Below are positions 49,228-59,683 of a DNA stretch of 64,000 nt, piece by piece (within the stretch, counting starts at the first letter, position 1; every line of letters starts with the position of its first letter). A program made the translations under genes and the position numbers. The stretch comes from a virus. The notes beneath the pieces were generated by a model, which saw only the letters and a list, made by a program, of their open reading frames with translations, was not told where the DNA came from and did no database searches. The DNA lies in the IMG/VR virus record IMGVR_UViG_3300024324_000002; one strand, 5' to 3'.

Positions 49228-49839
49228 TTATTTAATTAAATCTTTAATCTTTTCTAACTGTTCATTAGTTAATTCTAATGTAACCTTTTTCTTTTCTTCT
49301 TCTATTACTATATATCATTTAACTCCATATTCATTCAATTTTATTTCTTTTCATTCTTCTAATTCTATAATTTCATATACATCTCTTCTTACTACTACAC
49401 ATTGTTCACCTGTCTTAAATATACAATTCCCTCCTGTATCAAATATACAATTATAACCTGTCTTAAATTTACATTTAACACCTGTATTAAATGTACAATA
49501 AGAACTTGTCTTAAATGTACAATGTGACTTTGTATCAAATGTACAATCTGAACCTGTCTTAAATGTGCAACTAGAACTTGTATCAAATGTACAATCTGAA
49601 CCTGTATCAAATGTACAATGTGAATTTGTATCAAATGTACAATCTGAATTTGTCTTAAATGTACAATCAGAACCTGTATTAAATGTACAACTAGAACCTG
49701 TATCAAATGTTACTCAATCTATATTATTGAAATCTAATACTAGATTATTTTCTTTACTACTAAATGTTTTAGTAGCTTCATCAAATGTATATTTACTTTT
49801 GTCTAGTTCTTTTCAGAACTGTGTTATACTGTAATTCAT
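49228..49839 (-). CDS. Cys-rich octapeptide-repeat protein (203 aa)
   Basis: About 13 tandem units of C-T-F-[DKN]-T-[GSNK]-S-x, e.g. CTFNTGSD CTFKTNSD CTFDTNSH, followed by a charged C-terminal tail. Confidence 0.7.
49400..49712. repeat. 24-nt tandem repeat (about 13 copies) encoding the octapeptide array
   Basis: Plus-strand unit is approximately TGTATCAAATGTACAATCTGAACC. This explains the spurious track ORFs 49395..49706 and 49565..49834. Confidence 0.9.
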
Positions 49840-49855
49840 AATGTTATTTAGTTAT

Positions 49856-49987
49856 TTAAATAATAATTCAATCGTCCTCTAGTTCCTTTCTTAATCTATT
49901 GTACATTTCTATATTACCTTTCTTATATTCTTGTATAGCTCTATTTGCTTTCCCTTCTATTGCTGCTCCTATCATTACGTTAGCCAT
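49856..49987 (-). CDS. Hypothetical protein (43 aa)
   Basis: ATG 49987, TAA 49856. Confidence 0.35.
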
Positions 49988-50585
49988 CTTTGTTTTTATT
50001 AAATAGTAATATTGTTTCTTTATATTCTAATAGTTCTAGCCATATATCTGTGTAGTATTTTAAATTCTCTACCTCTATAAATTCAAACTTCTTCTTATTC
50101 ATATATAATATGTATCAGTTGTTTAGTCATGACAACCGACAATATGCTGCTATCTGAATTTTATATTTCTCATTTTTTCTTATAGATGTTTTGTAATCTA
50201 CTACTCATAAATTTGTTATAGCATCTATTGTACCTCTAATTCATTCTTTGTAAAATGTCTTCTCTTTATCTACTATAGTAATACTATATAATAATTTCCA
50301 TTCTCTGAATCTCTTGTAATAATCTTTATGTTTATAATCTATCTTTTCCTTATCTAACATCTCATGTACTGCATGTCATCTATCACATGCTTCTTGTAAC
50401 TTCTCTCAATGATTCTGTTTAATGTATGTGAATGATGGATCTTCTATGATAGATAATAATTCTGTTACTGATATATCATCAGTTCCATATCTACCATAGA
50501 CTAGATCTATTCATAACTCATATCCATTATCTGAACAAAACTTTTTTAATTGTCCAAAGTTATTTGTTCCATTCTTATTAATCAT
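49980..50585 (-). CDS. PD-(D/E)xK nuclease, Cas4/RecB-like (201 aa)
   Basis: ...CDRGHAVHEML...GIRGTIDAITNLGVVDYKTS...QIAAY... Confidence 0.7.
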
Positions 50586-50884
50586 GATATCGTATCTCAA
50601 ATAAATATATCTAATTTAATCATAGCTTCTACTACATCTCATAAATCTTCTGTAGCTTCACCATACTTAAATCTATGTGTTCCATTTGTTGATTCTATAA
50701 CTATAGGATTTATAGTAGCTTTATTAATTGTAGCATTAAATTTTTCTTCTACTATAGTTATATTAAATAATTCTTCTAAATTGTTTATTGTCTTTATATC
50801 CTCATAATCAAATATAAACCAAGCACTAGTTGTTCATGGTTCACTAGTACCCATTCACTTCTTATTATTAAAACTTAAATTCAT
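50546..50884 (-). CDS. Hypothetical protein (112 aa), overlaps the nuclease start by 40 nt
   Basis: ATG 50884. In-frame TAA at 50546-50548, in a different frame from the nuclease ORF. Confidence 0.45.
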
Positions 50885-50917
50885 ATTGTGTTTATTATAT
50901 TCTAATATGTGTATCTT

Positions 50918-51094
50918 TTATATCTTTAGTTTTCTCATCATTAACTCATATCATATGCAATCTTCAAATCATGTTTTATATATCATCCTAAAAAAGAATT
51001 CATCTTCTTCAGATAATTTCTTTCATATACTTTTATAAGCTTTTTTTATTCATTCCATACATCTATCTGTATGTACTTCTTTAAATGTTTTCAT
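50918..51094 (-). CDS. Hypothetical protein (58 aa)
   Basis: ATG 51094, TAA 50918. Confidence 0.4.
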
Positions 51095-51115
51095 ATTGTA
51101 TTTTATTAAATGCTA

Positions 51116-51143
51116 AAAAGACTAGTCTAATACTAGTCTTTTA
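51116..51143. terminator. Terminator after the SSB-like gene
   Basis: Perfect 9-bp stem AAGACTAGT/ACTAGTCTT flanked by A- and T-runs. Confidence 0.7.
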
Positions 51144-52004
51144 AAATGGAATGTCTTCTATACTGATTTCATCATTGTTTACTTTTTTCTTTGCAGCTTG
51201 TTCTGCTTTAACTTCTTTCTCAAAGTCTTCATCTGATTGTACTCCTTTAGGTTCTTCTGCATATTGAGGAACTTTCCCTGCTCAATATTCTTTCTTATAC
51301 CATTCATGTTTTGCTCTGATATAATCGATAACTGATTTTTGCATTTCTTCTGCTGCTTCTAAAGCTTCAGTTTCTGCTTTCTTTCATTCAGTTACTATTA
51401 CTTTATATCTAGCTTTATACTCTGAAGCTTCAGATCATTTCATTTCATCTAACTCTGCTAAAGTAATCATATCATCTGATCATTGTTTACCATAACCTTT
51501 GATTACATTAATTGAACATATAGCTTCTGGATTAAATTCTTGTAGTTTAGTTACTACTCATTCTTCTCCAAATGCATGTCATCATGCTAATGCAAATGAT
51601 TTAACTTTATTATCATTAAGATCTAATACAGTTATAGCTGTATGTAATCTAGCTGATTTAGGTAAACCTTCTTTAATAATAGAGTATACTCATTGTATTG
51701 CTTTAGTCTTTACTGCTTTCCCATCTTGAAATATCATATCAATAACATAAAGTTCTTGATTCTTCAATGATGCTATCTCATTTGAATAATATGTATTAGT
51801 AAATTTTCTAATACCATCATTCCATAATTTCCCTTTTATAGTATATCAAATATTCAATACTATAAATTTATCTAATGAATGAATAATGTTTTCACTCTTC
51901 TCTTTATCCCATACTTTAAAATCCCCTTGTGCGAATTCAAGATATGTATCAACTGGTGACTCATTCATTTGCCCACTATTTTCTTTCCATCCTCATAATG
52001 CCAT
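51141..52004 (-). CDS. Putative single-stranded DNA-binding protein (287 aa)
   Basis: Acidic C-terminal tail ending ...DEISIEDIPF, as in the bacterial SSB DDDIPF tip. The body is not a canonical OB SSB by eye. Preceded by motif copy 5. Confidence 0.45.
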
Positions 52005-52054
52005 AATTAATTAAAATTAAAATTTAAAATAAAATTTGGTTAGCTGACTAAACT

Positions 52055-52079
52055 ACCAAAAAATTTTTAGTAGTTGTGT
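52055..52079 (-). promoter_or_regulatory. Conserved motif, copy 5
   Basis: CCAAAAAATTTTTAGTAGTTGTGTA lies 50 nt upstream of the ATG at 52004. GCCGAAGGC hairpin at 52086-52094. Confidence 0.5.
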
Positions 52080-52108
52080 AGATGTGCCGAAGGCTAATAG
52101 AGAAAATA

Positions 52109-52420
52109 CTACAAAGACAATTCATTCTCGTAGTATTCTCTTATCATTCATGATAAATCATCTCACTGTTTAATTCTCTGCATTAAATATATCTTACCTC
52201 TATCCTTCCTTATTAAATTAAATATCTTATCTATCATCTCATGTTCTTCTACTGATGATACTAATACTATATTCCTATCTAATAACTTCATAGATTGATA
52301 AGCTCCTTTAGGAAAAAGATGAGGAAAACATTCTGCTTTCAGATCTGCTTTACCTCATGTTAATATACTCTTTCCTTTATAATACTTATGTACTCTCTTG
52401 AATACTTCCCATTGTCACAC
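52109..52420 (-). CDS. Hypothetical protein (about 103 aa), start uncertain
   Basis: Open frame with no ATG near its 5' end. GTG at 52420 lies 2 nt after the upstream TAG. The first internal ATG would give only 58 aa. Confidence 0.35.
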
Positions 52421-52422
52421 CT

Positions 52423-52986
52423 CTATAAATCTTTAACATCTAATCCTTCTCCTTCTGATAACTCTTCTTGATTAATGATAGGTTGTTCGTTTATTGTAGA
52501 CTCCTCTGTAATTTTTGTAGACTCCTCTGCATCTAATTCTTCTTGTTTTATCTTCATTGCTTCTTCTTGTTTTCTTAATTCTTCTGTTTGTTTTTTATAT
52601 TCAACCCTCTGTTCTGCTATAATTTTTTTAGTCTCTGCTCTATTAGTTACAACTTGATGTGGTAACATTGATAGTTTATTCTGTCTTTCTAGTTCATCGA
52701 ATATATAATTAATCCATGATTGAATCATTGTTAATTCATAATCTACCATAGGTGATCATGGTTGTTGCATATTAGCTCTAGCGTTAATATGATCTGATAC
52801 AACTCATGCTAATGCTTCTCCATTCTTTAAATTAGTCTCATCTGATAAATCAAATAATCCTAACATTCTATCTAAGTTCTCTACAGATCTAACTACAATA
52901 GCTATCTCTCTACCGTAATCATTTTTTACTTTAGATAAATTCATATCTAATTCTTTTAACACTTCACTAAACTTTTGTATATACAT
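52423..52986 (-). CDS. Hypothetical protein (187 aa)
   Basis: Track ORFs 52804..52986 and 52423..52749 are in one frame, joined through TGA codons; TAG stop. Confidence 0.6.
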
Positions 52987-53010
52987 AATTGTTTATGTTA
53001 ATAAATAAAT

Positions 53011-53181
53011 TTAATTATCATACCTCATTACTATTCTAGCTAAACATTTTAAACAGACAGATGTATCTATATTAATACTATCTAATGTTCAATCTAGAAA
53101 TAATTCCATATCTACTTTATCAGATTCTAATAAAGTGTTAGCAAATATCTGTTCACATTTCACACACGTTTCTCTACTCAT
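53011..53181 (-). CDS. Zinc-ribbon protein (56 aa)
   Basis: CVKC near the N-terminus and CLKC near the C-terminus, about 35 residues apart. Confidence 0.45.
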
Positions 53182-53197
53182 AATAATAAGTTAATAA

Positions 53198-53743
53198 TTA
53201 TTTTTCCATCTCTTCAATGAAACTTACTGCTTCATCAAATCAATAACAGAATTCAGCTTCATGTCTTTCACGAGTATTTAAATATTCTATCCATTCCTTT
53301 TGTTCGTCACTACATCTAATCCCATCTGTACTCAAAGCGTAATAAGTTCAGTCAGCCTTTTTGCTACGCTTCTTTTTTAATTCTATATGTAGTGTCCATC
53401 AATTCTTCATGTAAATAGTAAAGTCTGGATATCAAACTTGTAATCACATACGCTTCTTCTTAAGTGCTGCAAACATTCATGCTTTACCTGCTACTCCAGA
53501 TTCATTCGGTGTGTGTACAAATCTATATTCATTCCTTTTTAAATACCATGCTAATCTTTCAGCATCTGTATCCTCTTTAGCCTGTCTCGGCTTCTTTGGT
53601 TTCTTGAGTATTGAGTCTTCATTTTTTTTCTTGATCTTTGATTTACATCTATCAACAGCATTATTAATCATGTTCTCATGTATCGATACAGATTCTACTT
53701 TTAATCATAAAGCTTCTGCTTCTTCTATACTTATGCGAACCAT
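53198..53743 (-). CDS. VRR-NUC domain nuclease (181 aa)
   Basis: ...GLQVGYPDFTIY...LHIELKKK...SDEQKEWIEYLN...AEFCYGFDEAVSFI. Confidence 0.65.
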
Positions 53744-53889
53744 ATATTATATAATGTTATTCAAATAAATATATTTAATAAGTCAGATATCAATAATGCT
53801 CATATAAAAATATAGTCTTCCTTTATTGGAATATCACCATCCTTTAAAGAGTTCAATATTAATAATCATCCATATATTATAAATAACAT
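53731..53889 (-). CDS. Possible small membrane protein (52 aa)
   Basis: Hydrophobic ORF that overlaps the VRR-NUC start; weak support. Confidence 0.25.
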
Positions 53890-53955
53890 ATTCTTATAAA
53901 GTTAATAAATAAGTAACTATATTATATTCAAAAATGAATCTATTGCAAGACTTTT

Positions 53956-54108
53956 TTATATTTTCTTTTTAGCTTCAGCGATTTTTTTTTGTGTTCTTTT
54001 TTCTTGTTCTTCTAATATAAATCTAATCTGATCTTCTAGTACTTCTGTATTAAACTTTTTATTTAATCCATAAAGATCCCATAATCTTTTTATTGTCATT
54101 TCTTTCAT
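53956..54108 (-). CDS. Hypothetical protein (50 aa)
   Basis: ATG 54108, TAA 53956; charged helix. Confidence 0.4.
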   Translation of the reverse strand: MKEMTIKRLWDLYGLNKKFNTEVLEDQIRFILEEQEKRTQKKIAEAKKKI

Positions 54109-54757
54109 ATTGCTTTATAAGTTACTAATAAGATATGCTGAGCAGGAGTAATAAAGACTACTCCCCCCTTACCCCCCTCATATATATAGGTGGGCATAAA
54201 CTTCGTTTACCAGTTCATTAAGAACATCATATTGGATAAACTACTAGAACAGGTTTAGGTTATTCTCCTTCAGTCTCGATATACTGATGATATGCGTCGC
54301 TATCGTTTATTCGACTAACATACTCCCCTAAGATTCTTTAGACTCGTTTACTTAGATAGTTACCTATATACCAGTTAGTGCCATATAGTTTACCCCACTT
54401 TATACTGTGGTACGAGATAACTAAACAAAAAAAAATAAGTTCTTTTGCAAGAACTTATTTTTACTAAACGTGATTTAGTCCGTCGAGTAACTAAATTCTC
54501 GACGTTTAGTTATACAGAGTATATTCATAACTAAACTAATGTCAAATCTTTTTTTCATAATATCTAAATATCTTATTCTTGAACCTCAAAAATTGATTTA
54601 TTTAGGGAGTCCATAGGGGGTGGACTTATATTTTATTTAATAGTATATGATATATTTTATATATAATAATTTTATTTTTTTATTTATTAACTCTATTTTT
54701 TAAAGTAAACAGTACTTATTAGTATGTGTCTCGGTTCAAAAATAAGGTATCCAGATA
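54109..54757. other. 650-nt non-coding, hairpin-rich region
   Basis: Stops in all frames and G-poor on the plus strand. Hairpins CGTCGAG..CTCGACG, AGTCCA..TGGACT and GGAGTA..TACTCC. Shares TTACCCCACT with 38085-38094. Confidence 0.5.
54427..54462. terminator. Bidirectional terminator-like hairpin
   Basis: Perfect 12-bp stem AAATAAGTTCTT/AAGAACTTATTT, TTGC loop, with an A-run on the left and a T-run on the right. Confidence 0.6.
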
Positions 54758-55036
54758 TTATGATTTATGTCTAACTAGTTTAATCTTTTTTTTCTTAGGT
54801 AATGAATCAAAGTATTTAGATCTTCTTTCTCTAAATGCTTCTATCTTTTTCTCTTTATCCTTATAATACTTCTTAACTTTTTTCTTATCCATATTAAAAG
54901 ATATTGTCATGTTATCATTTGTAGCTGAATAAGCTATCTCAAATCATCTCTTCTCTACAACAGATCTTAATTGCTCCAATGCATTATACATTTGTTTAGT
55001 ACTCATTAATTCTTTCCAGTAATTTGTTTTAGTCAT
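54758..55036 (-). CDS. Hypothetical basic protein (92 aa)
   Basis: ATG 55036, TAA 54758; K-rich C-terminus. Confidence 0.5.
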
Positions 55037-55041
55037 ATGCT

Positions 55042-55063
55042 TGGTTATATAATAATATAACCA
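55042..55063. promoter_or_regulatory. Perfect 9-bp hairpin just upstream of the ATG at 55036
   Basis: TGGTTATAT-AATA-ATATAACCA with no T-run; could be an operator or an RNA element. Confidence 0.3.
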
Positions 55064-55099
55064 TTATATAGTATTAGACTAATAAATCAAATTTTAGTT

Positions 55100-55477
55100 T
55101 TAGTTTCCTAATAAATATAATCATACATAGATTAACATAAAATCATGTAATCTTTTTTTATCTTCTGACATAAAATCTAATACTTCTAAATATGCATTAA
55201 AATCTTTTCTTTTAACTCATTTAAGTTTTTTACAAAATCATGCATGTGATTTACCTCAATCATTATAATATTTGATTATATCAAACTGTACTCCAAATTT
55301 TAATTGATCTAATATCTTAAATGTATTAACAAGTATATTAATATAATGATATACATTATATACTTCTCATTCTTGATTCTCTACTTTTTTTAATTCTTTT
55401 TCTAATAACTCTTTTGTTATTTCTTTTTTATCAAATCCACAAAAAGCTAATACTTTATAAATGTTTAATTTTTCCAT
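55100..55477 (-). CDS. Hypothetical protein (125 aa)
   Basis: ATG 55477, TAA 55100. Confidence 0.5.
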
Positions 55478-55499
55478 TGTTAGTTTTTTTATTAATAAA

Positions 55500-56429
55500 T
55501 TATTCCTCAAAGTAAGTTTCTAAGTCTTGTGACATTAGATTAACTCTAGATGATATGTTACCTAATCTTTCTAATATATCAGACATTCATGTATTATCTA
55601 TGTTCTCTAGTAGTTTATATGTATCCTCTATAACTTTAGTCCTATCCTTCATATCTAACTTCTCATTGAATTCTTTAAGATCTTTTATCTTATTATTTAA
55701 ATCTTTAAAGTTATTCTTAATAGTTGCTAAGATATCCTTAGTATCTGTTTTAGTTTCTAACTTAGCTATTATAGCTTCTGTTATATCTGAAATATCTAAT
55801 TGCTTATATGCATCCATCTTTATTAATAACTCTCTTATATCTCATTTAATTGAGTCGTTATTCATAGATGCCTTAATTCAATTAATAGATTCTATTATCT
55901 TACTATAATCTACATCAACTTTAATAAAGTCCTTCTTCTGTAATTTCATAGCTGTTTCTATATCAGCTTGTATTTCTAATAATCATTCTATATCTACCCT
56001 AGTATCTTTAATATCTTTCTTTATATCAGTAGTAGATTTATCTATACTTCATATGATCTGTGCAACAGATGTATTCAATTGTTCTATTGAAATACCTCAT
56101 ATAACAGTATCTCATCCTCATCATCCTTTATATGCCATACCATTTCACATAGTCCATTTACCAGACTTATAATCTTCGTTTAACTTTAATGCTATATTAT
56201 CTGATAATACATTCTCATAACCTGTAGTTGTCTCATATATATATATTCATCCATCTGTAGCTCTAATAAAATAATCATGCCCAGTCTCATATCATTCAAA
56301 TTCATAAGCATAATGTCCATAACTTAATTCATACATAGATCATGAATCTACAGTTTCTCATGTAGCTATATCTATTATGTCTATTGTTATCGAAAGTCAT
56401 TCAACTTTAATCGGTGCTATTATTTTCAT
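55500..56429 (-). CDS. Hypothetical protein (309 aa), fibre-associated by position
   Basis: ATG 56429; track ORF 55587..55817 is in frame. C-terminal half is coiled coil. Confidence 0.55.
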
Positions 56430-56670
56430 TTTCTATTATATCTAAATTATAAACTGAGTTATAGATCGCATTAAATCATTTATTGTCTAATAATCTATTA
56501 ACTCTTTTTAAATCATTTTCTGATATTGTATCTATTCTGTAAATAGCTACATCTCATTTTATACCTCTTAATGGATCATCTATCATCCTTATATCTAGTT
56601 TAGCAAAGTTTTCCTTTAATACTAGATACATAAGTTTACTCTTAATTAAAAGAGTAATCTTATGTTTCAT
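56407..56670 (-). CDS. Hypothetical protein (87 aa)
   Basis: ATG 56670 (alternative ATG at 56631). Overlaps the next gene by 23 nt. Confidence 0.4.
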
Positions 56671-56735
56671 TACGTATTGAATCATTTTTGCTGTAGTAGT
56701 AATAGTATTTCATTTTAAATACATATCTGTCTTTG

Positions 56736-56764
56736 TTATTAATTAACATATACAAGTAGAGAGA
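56736..56764. repeat. Inverted repeat, left arm, flanking the tail-fibre gene
   Basis: TTATTAATTAACATATACAAGTAGAGAGA equals the reverse complement of 58581-58609 at 27 of 29 positions. Confidence 0.85.
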
Positions 56765-56799
56765 ACACTTGTCAATTTGTTATCGTATATAAATACGGA

Positions 56800-58548
56800 C
56801 TACGCTTTAACGTAATCAACGTATACAACATCACCAGTTTCTAATGCGTCAGTAAAACTAATTACACCAGCAACATTACTATAGAATTCAGTTCTAAGAC
56901 CATTTAAGTATACACCTTTAATTGAAGCAGGAGTATTAGTTAATGATACATCAGTAGATGCGTCAGTAACAGTAGGAGCTTCAGCGTAAACTTCTTTAGC
57001 AGTTTCAGCGTCTGTATAATCTTTAGCGTCTTGTAAATTTTTAGCCATTGATCCAGCACCAGAACCGTTAATAGTTGCTATAGCAATAGTGTTAGTATCA
57101 CAGTTTCCGTCAACTTCATTAATTGCACCAACTACAGTTACTTTGTGAGCAGTAGTTAATGTAGTTAAATCACCAGTAGCTCCAGAAGCGTTATTAGCAA
57201 CTTCATTAATAGCAGCAACTAAAGTATTTTTAGCTGTAGTAGTTAATGAACTTAATGCACCAGTGTTAGTTTCAAGAGTAGTTACTCTAGCTGTAACAGC
57301 ACCTATCGCAGTTTCGATTTCACCCATTGTATCCATAGCTGTAGAAACAGTACCTTTAAGTTCGTTTTTAGCAGCAGTGATATCATTAGCAACAGTAGTA
57401 ACGAAATTTTCATCATCACCAATAGCAGCAGCTAATTCATTAAGTGTATCTAATAATCATGGCGCACCATTAATTAAAGCAGAAACTTTAGTATCTGTAT
57501 ATGATTGAGCGTCAGTTAAGTTTTGAGCCATTGATCCAGCACCACTACCATTAATAGTAGTAATAGCTGATTCAGCAGTATCAACTCTTCCTTCAACTTC
57601 GTCTATAGCAGCTTGAACGTCAGTAGCATCTAAACCACTAGTAGTGTTAGTATAACTAATTTCATTAGCAGCATTTTGAGCATTAAGACCAGCAGTTAAA
57701 TCAGAAGCTAATTTATTTAAGTCAGCTTTAACAGTACCTTGACCTACATTAGATGTAGAAGTAGCGTTTTCAGCAGAATCTTTAATAGATTTAGCAACAG
57801 ATCCAGCAACAGTATCAGCACCGTTTAATGTATCTATAGAAGAATCAACAGTATTGAAAGCGTCTTTTACTGTAGCACCAGATACATCTGATGAATTAGA
57901 AGCGTTTTCAGCATTATCTTTAATAGATTTAAGAACTGAACCAGCAACAGAAACTGTATCATTTAAAGTAGTAATAGCTGATTCAGCTGAATCAACTCTA
58001 CCTTCAACTTCATCAATAGCAGCTTGTACATCATTAGCAGCTAATCCACTTGTAGTGTTAGCATAACTTGTAGTACTTGCAGTTTCAGCTTTTTCAGTGT
58101 TGTCAACTTTATCAAGATCAGCTGCAGTTGGTACTCCAGTAACAGCTTTATTGAATATGATCATATCACCAGCGTCATAAGAAACTCCTAACATTGTACC
58201 TCAAACAGATACTTTATAGAAGTCACCTTGCCCACCATTTGCAATATCATTTTCACTTTGTGTAGAAAGATCTAAAGATCCTTTATATTCTAACCCTGAA
58301 GATAGGTTAGCTATTTCTTGATCAACGTAACTTTTGTTAGCTGCATCAGTATTAGCTACTGGTGTTGCTACAGAAGATACTAATTGACCACCCATGTTTA
58401 ATACTCCAGTCATTGCAACTGAACCATCTCTTAGAATAAGATCAGCACCTTGTGCTAATTTAGCTAAAGCTATTGTTGAGTTAGCTATCTCATTATTCGT
58501 AATAGAACCAGCTTTTATTTGTCTATTACCATCAATTTTTATTCCCAT
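56800..58548 (-). CDS. Tail fibre protein (582 aa)
   Basis: Three track ORFs lie in one frame joined by two TGA codons. GDFYKVSVGG...GDMIIFN; NDVQAAIDEVEGRVD occurs twice; INGAPGLLDTLNELAAAIGDDENF is a classic long-tail-fibre motif. Confidence 0.85.
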
Positions 58549-58580
58549 GTTTATGTTTAATTATTTAATTAAAATGAGTA

Positions 58581-58609
58581 TCTCTCTACTTGTATATATC
58601 AATTAATAA
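58581..58609. repeat. Inverted repeat, right arm
   Basis: TCTCTCTACTTGTATATATCAATTAATAA lies 33 nt upstream of the fibre ATG and overlaps the stop of the 85-aa gene. Confidence 0.85.
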
Positions 58610-58860
58610 TATCTTATAGACATTTTATCTCATATTTGATAATTACATCACGATTGAAATATTATTTGTTGTTCAGATATAATATAATCCTCTCATTCTC
58701 ATTCCCATTGTTCTAATCAGTTAAGGGTAATTAATACACGCACAGGCTTTTTATTCAAATCAAATGTTCTTATCGTCTCATCTGTTACTATTATATGTAG
58801 GATATCCTCCTGCGTCATAGTTGCTCATTGAGACTCTAGTGGATTTAATATTATTGCCAT
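58603..58860 (-). CDS. Hypothetical protein (85 aa)
   Basis: ATG 58860, TAA 58603; ends ...MSIRYY. Confidence 0.45.
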
Positions 58861-58947
58861 CTTTATTTATAGTTTTTAATTTCAAGTAGCTCTCAACCAC
58901 TTAAAACTATTATATAAAATACTTCACCAAAATCCAATTCCTGTTTA

Positions 58948-59679
58948 TTATATTTTAATTCTTTTAAATATTCTCATTCTACTAGCTTTTGTTATAGCTT
59001 TTCTGTCTGCTTCTGGTAATTTTTCTACCTCATATACATTCTCTCTTCTTTGATATTTAACTAAATATTTTTCTAATAACTTATCTTTCATGTCTAATGT
59101 TCTAGCTGTAGGATAATATATACCAGCTTTTACAGCAGCTCTAAGTTCTTCTATATTCATTTCTATAGTTTTATCAGTAGCACTTCATAAAGTCTCTACA
59201 ATGTATCATTGCTTAAGTTGAGGTACATATCTCCATGCATGGTTATGTCCGTATCTTTTATTGTCTTCTAATTTAAATTCTTCTATTTCATCCATAGTTA
59301 TATCTCAATCAGCTCTAGCTTTTCTATACCATTTACCAGTATATAAGATTCATAATCAAAATACTTTTCATTCCATAGCTAGTCTTTCAAATTCATCTGA
59401 ATTAATATCTACTGTTATTACACTTATCTGTGTATTAAAGTTTTTCTTAAACCATCCAGTATACCAGTTATATATAAACTTAAAGTATGCTCACCATGAC
59501 TCATTCCACATTTTATCTTTCTGTGCAGCCTGTAATACATCTATTATGTATTTATTATCTACTGTTATTCCCCATTGCATTCTAGTTATATTTAATAACG
59601 TATAAACAGTACAACCATTTCTAGTAAATTTTTCTAGGTTTTGATTATATAATGCTTTCATTCTTCTTACTATTCACAT
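58948..59679 (-). CDS. Papain-fold cysteine peptidase-like protein (243 aa); lysin candidate
   Basis: Candidate nucleophile in FTRNGCTVYTLL and candidate His in KRYGHNHAWRYV. Lies adjacent to the holin cluster. Confidence 0.45.
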
Positions 59680-59683
59680 AGTT

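Noticed and set aside
49395-49834. Track ORFs 49395..49706 (-) and 49565..49834 (+) with HLIQV / VSNVQSE repeats
   Set aside because: They are wrong-frame and antisense readings of the 24-nt tandem repeat. The frame starting at ATG 49839 runs to TAA 49228 and gives the Cys-octapeptide protein.
35910-52079. CRISPR array as an explanation for the repeated 25-nt motif
   Set aside because: The copies are spaced 0.4 to 11.5 kb apart with genes between them, and there are no cas genes. Their positions are consistently 5' of ORFs.
57540-58075. Diversity-generating retroelement (TR/VR pair) in the tail fibre
   Set aside because: The two ~115-nt internal repeats differ at all base types rather than at A-specific sites, both are coding and in frame, and no reverse transcriptase was seen.
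57263-58606. Plus-strand ORFs 57263..57508, 57854..58066 and 58394..58606
   Set aside because: They are antisense shadows of the Ala/Thr/Ser-rich tail-fibre gene.
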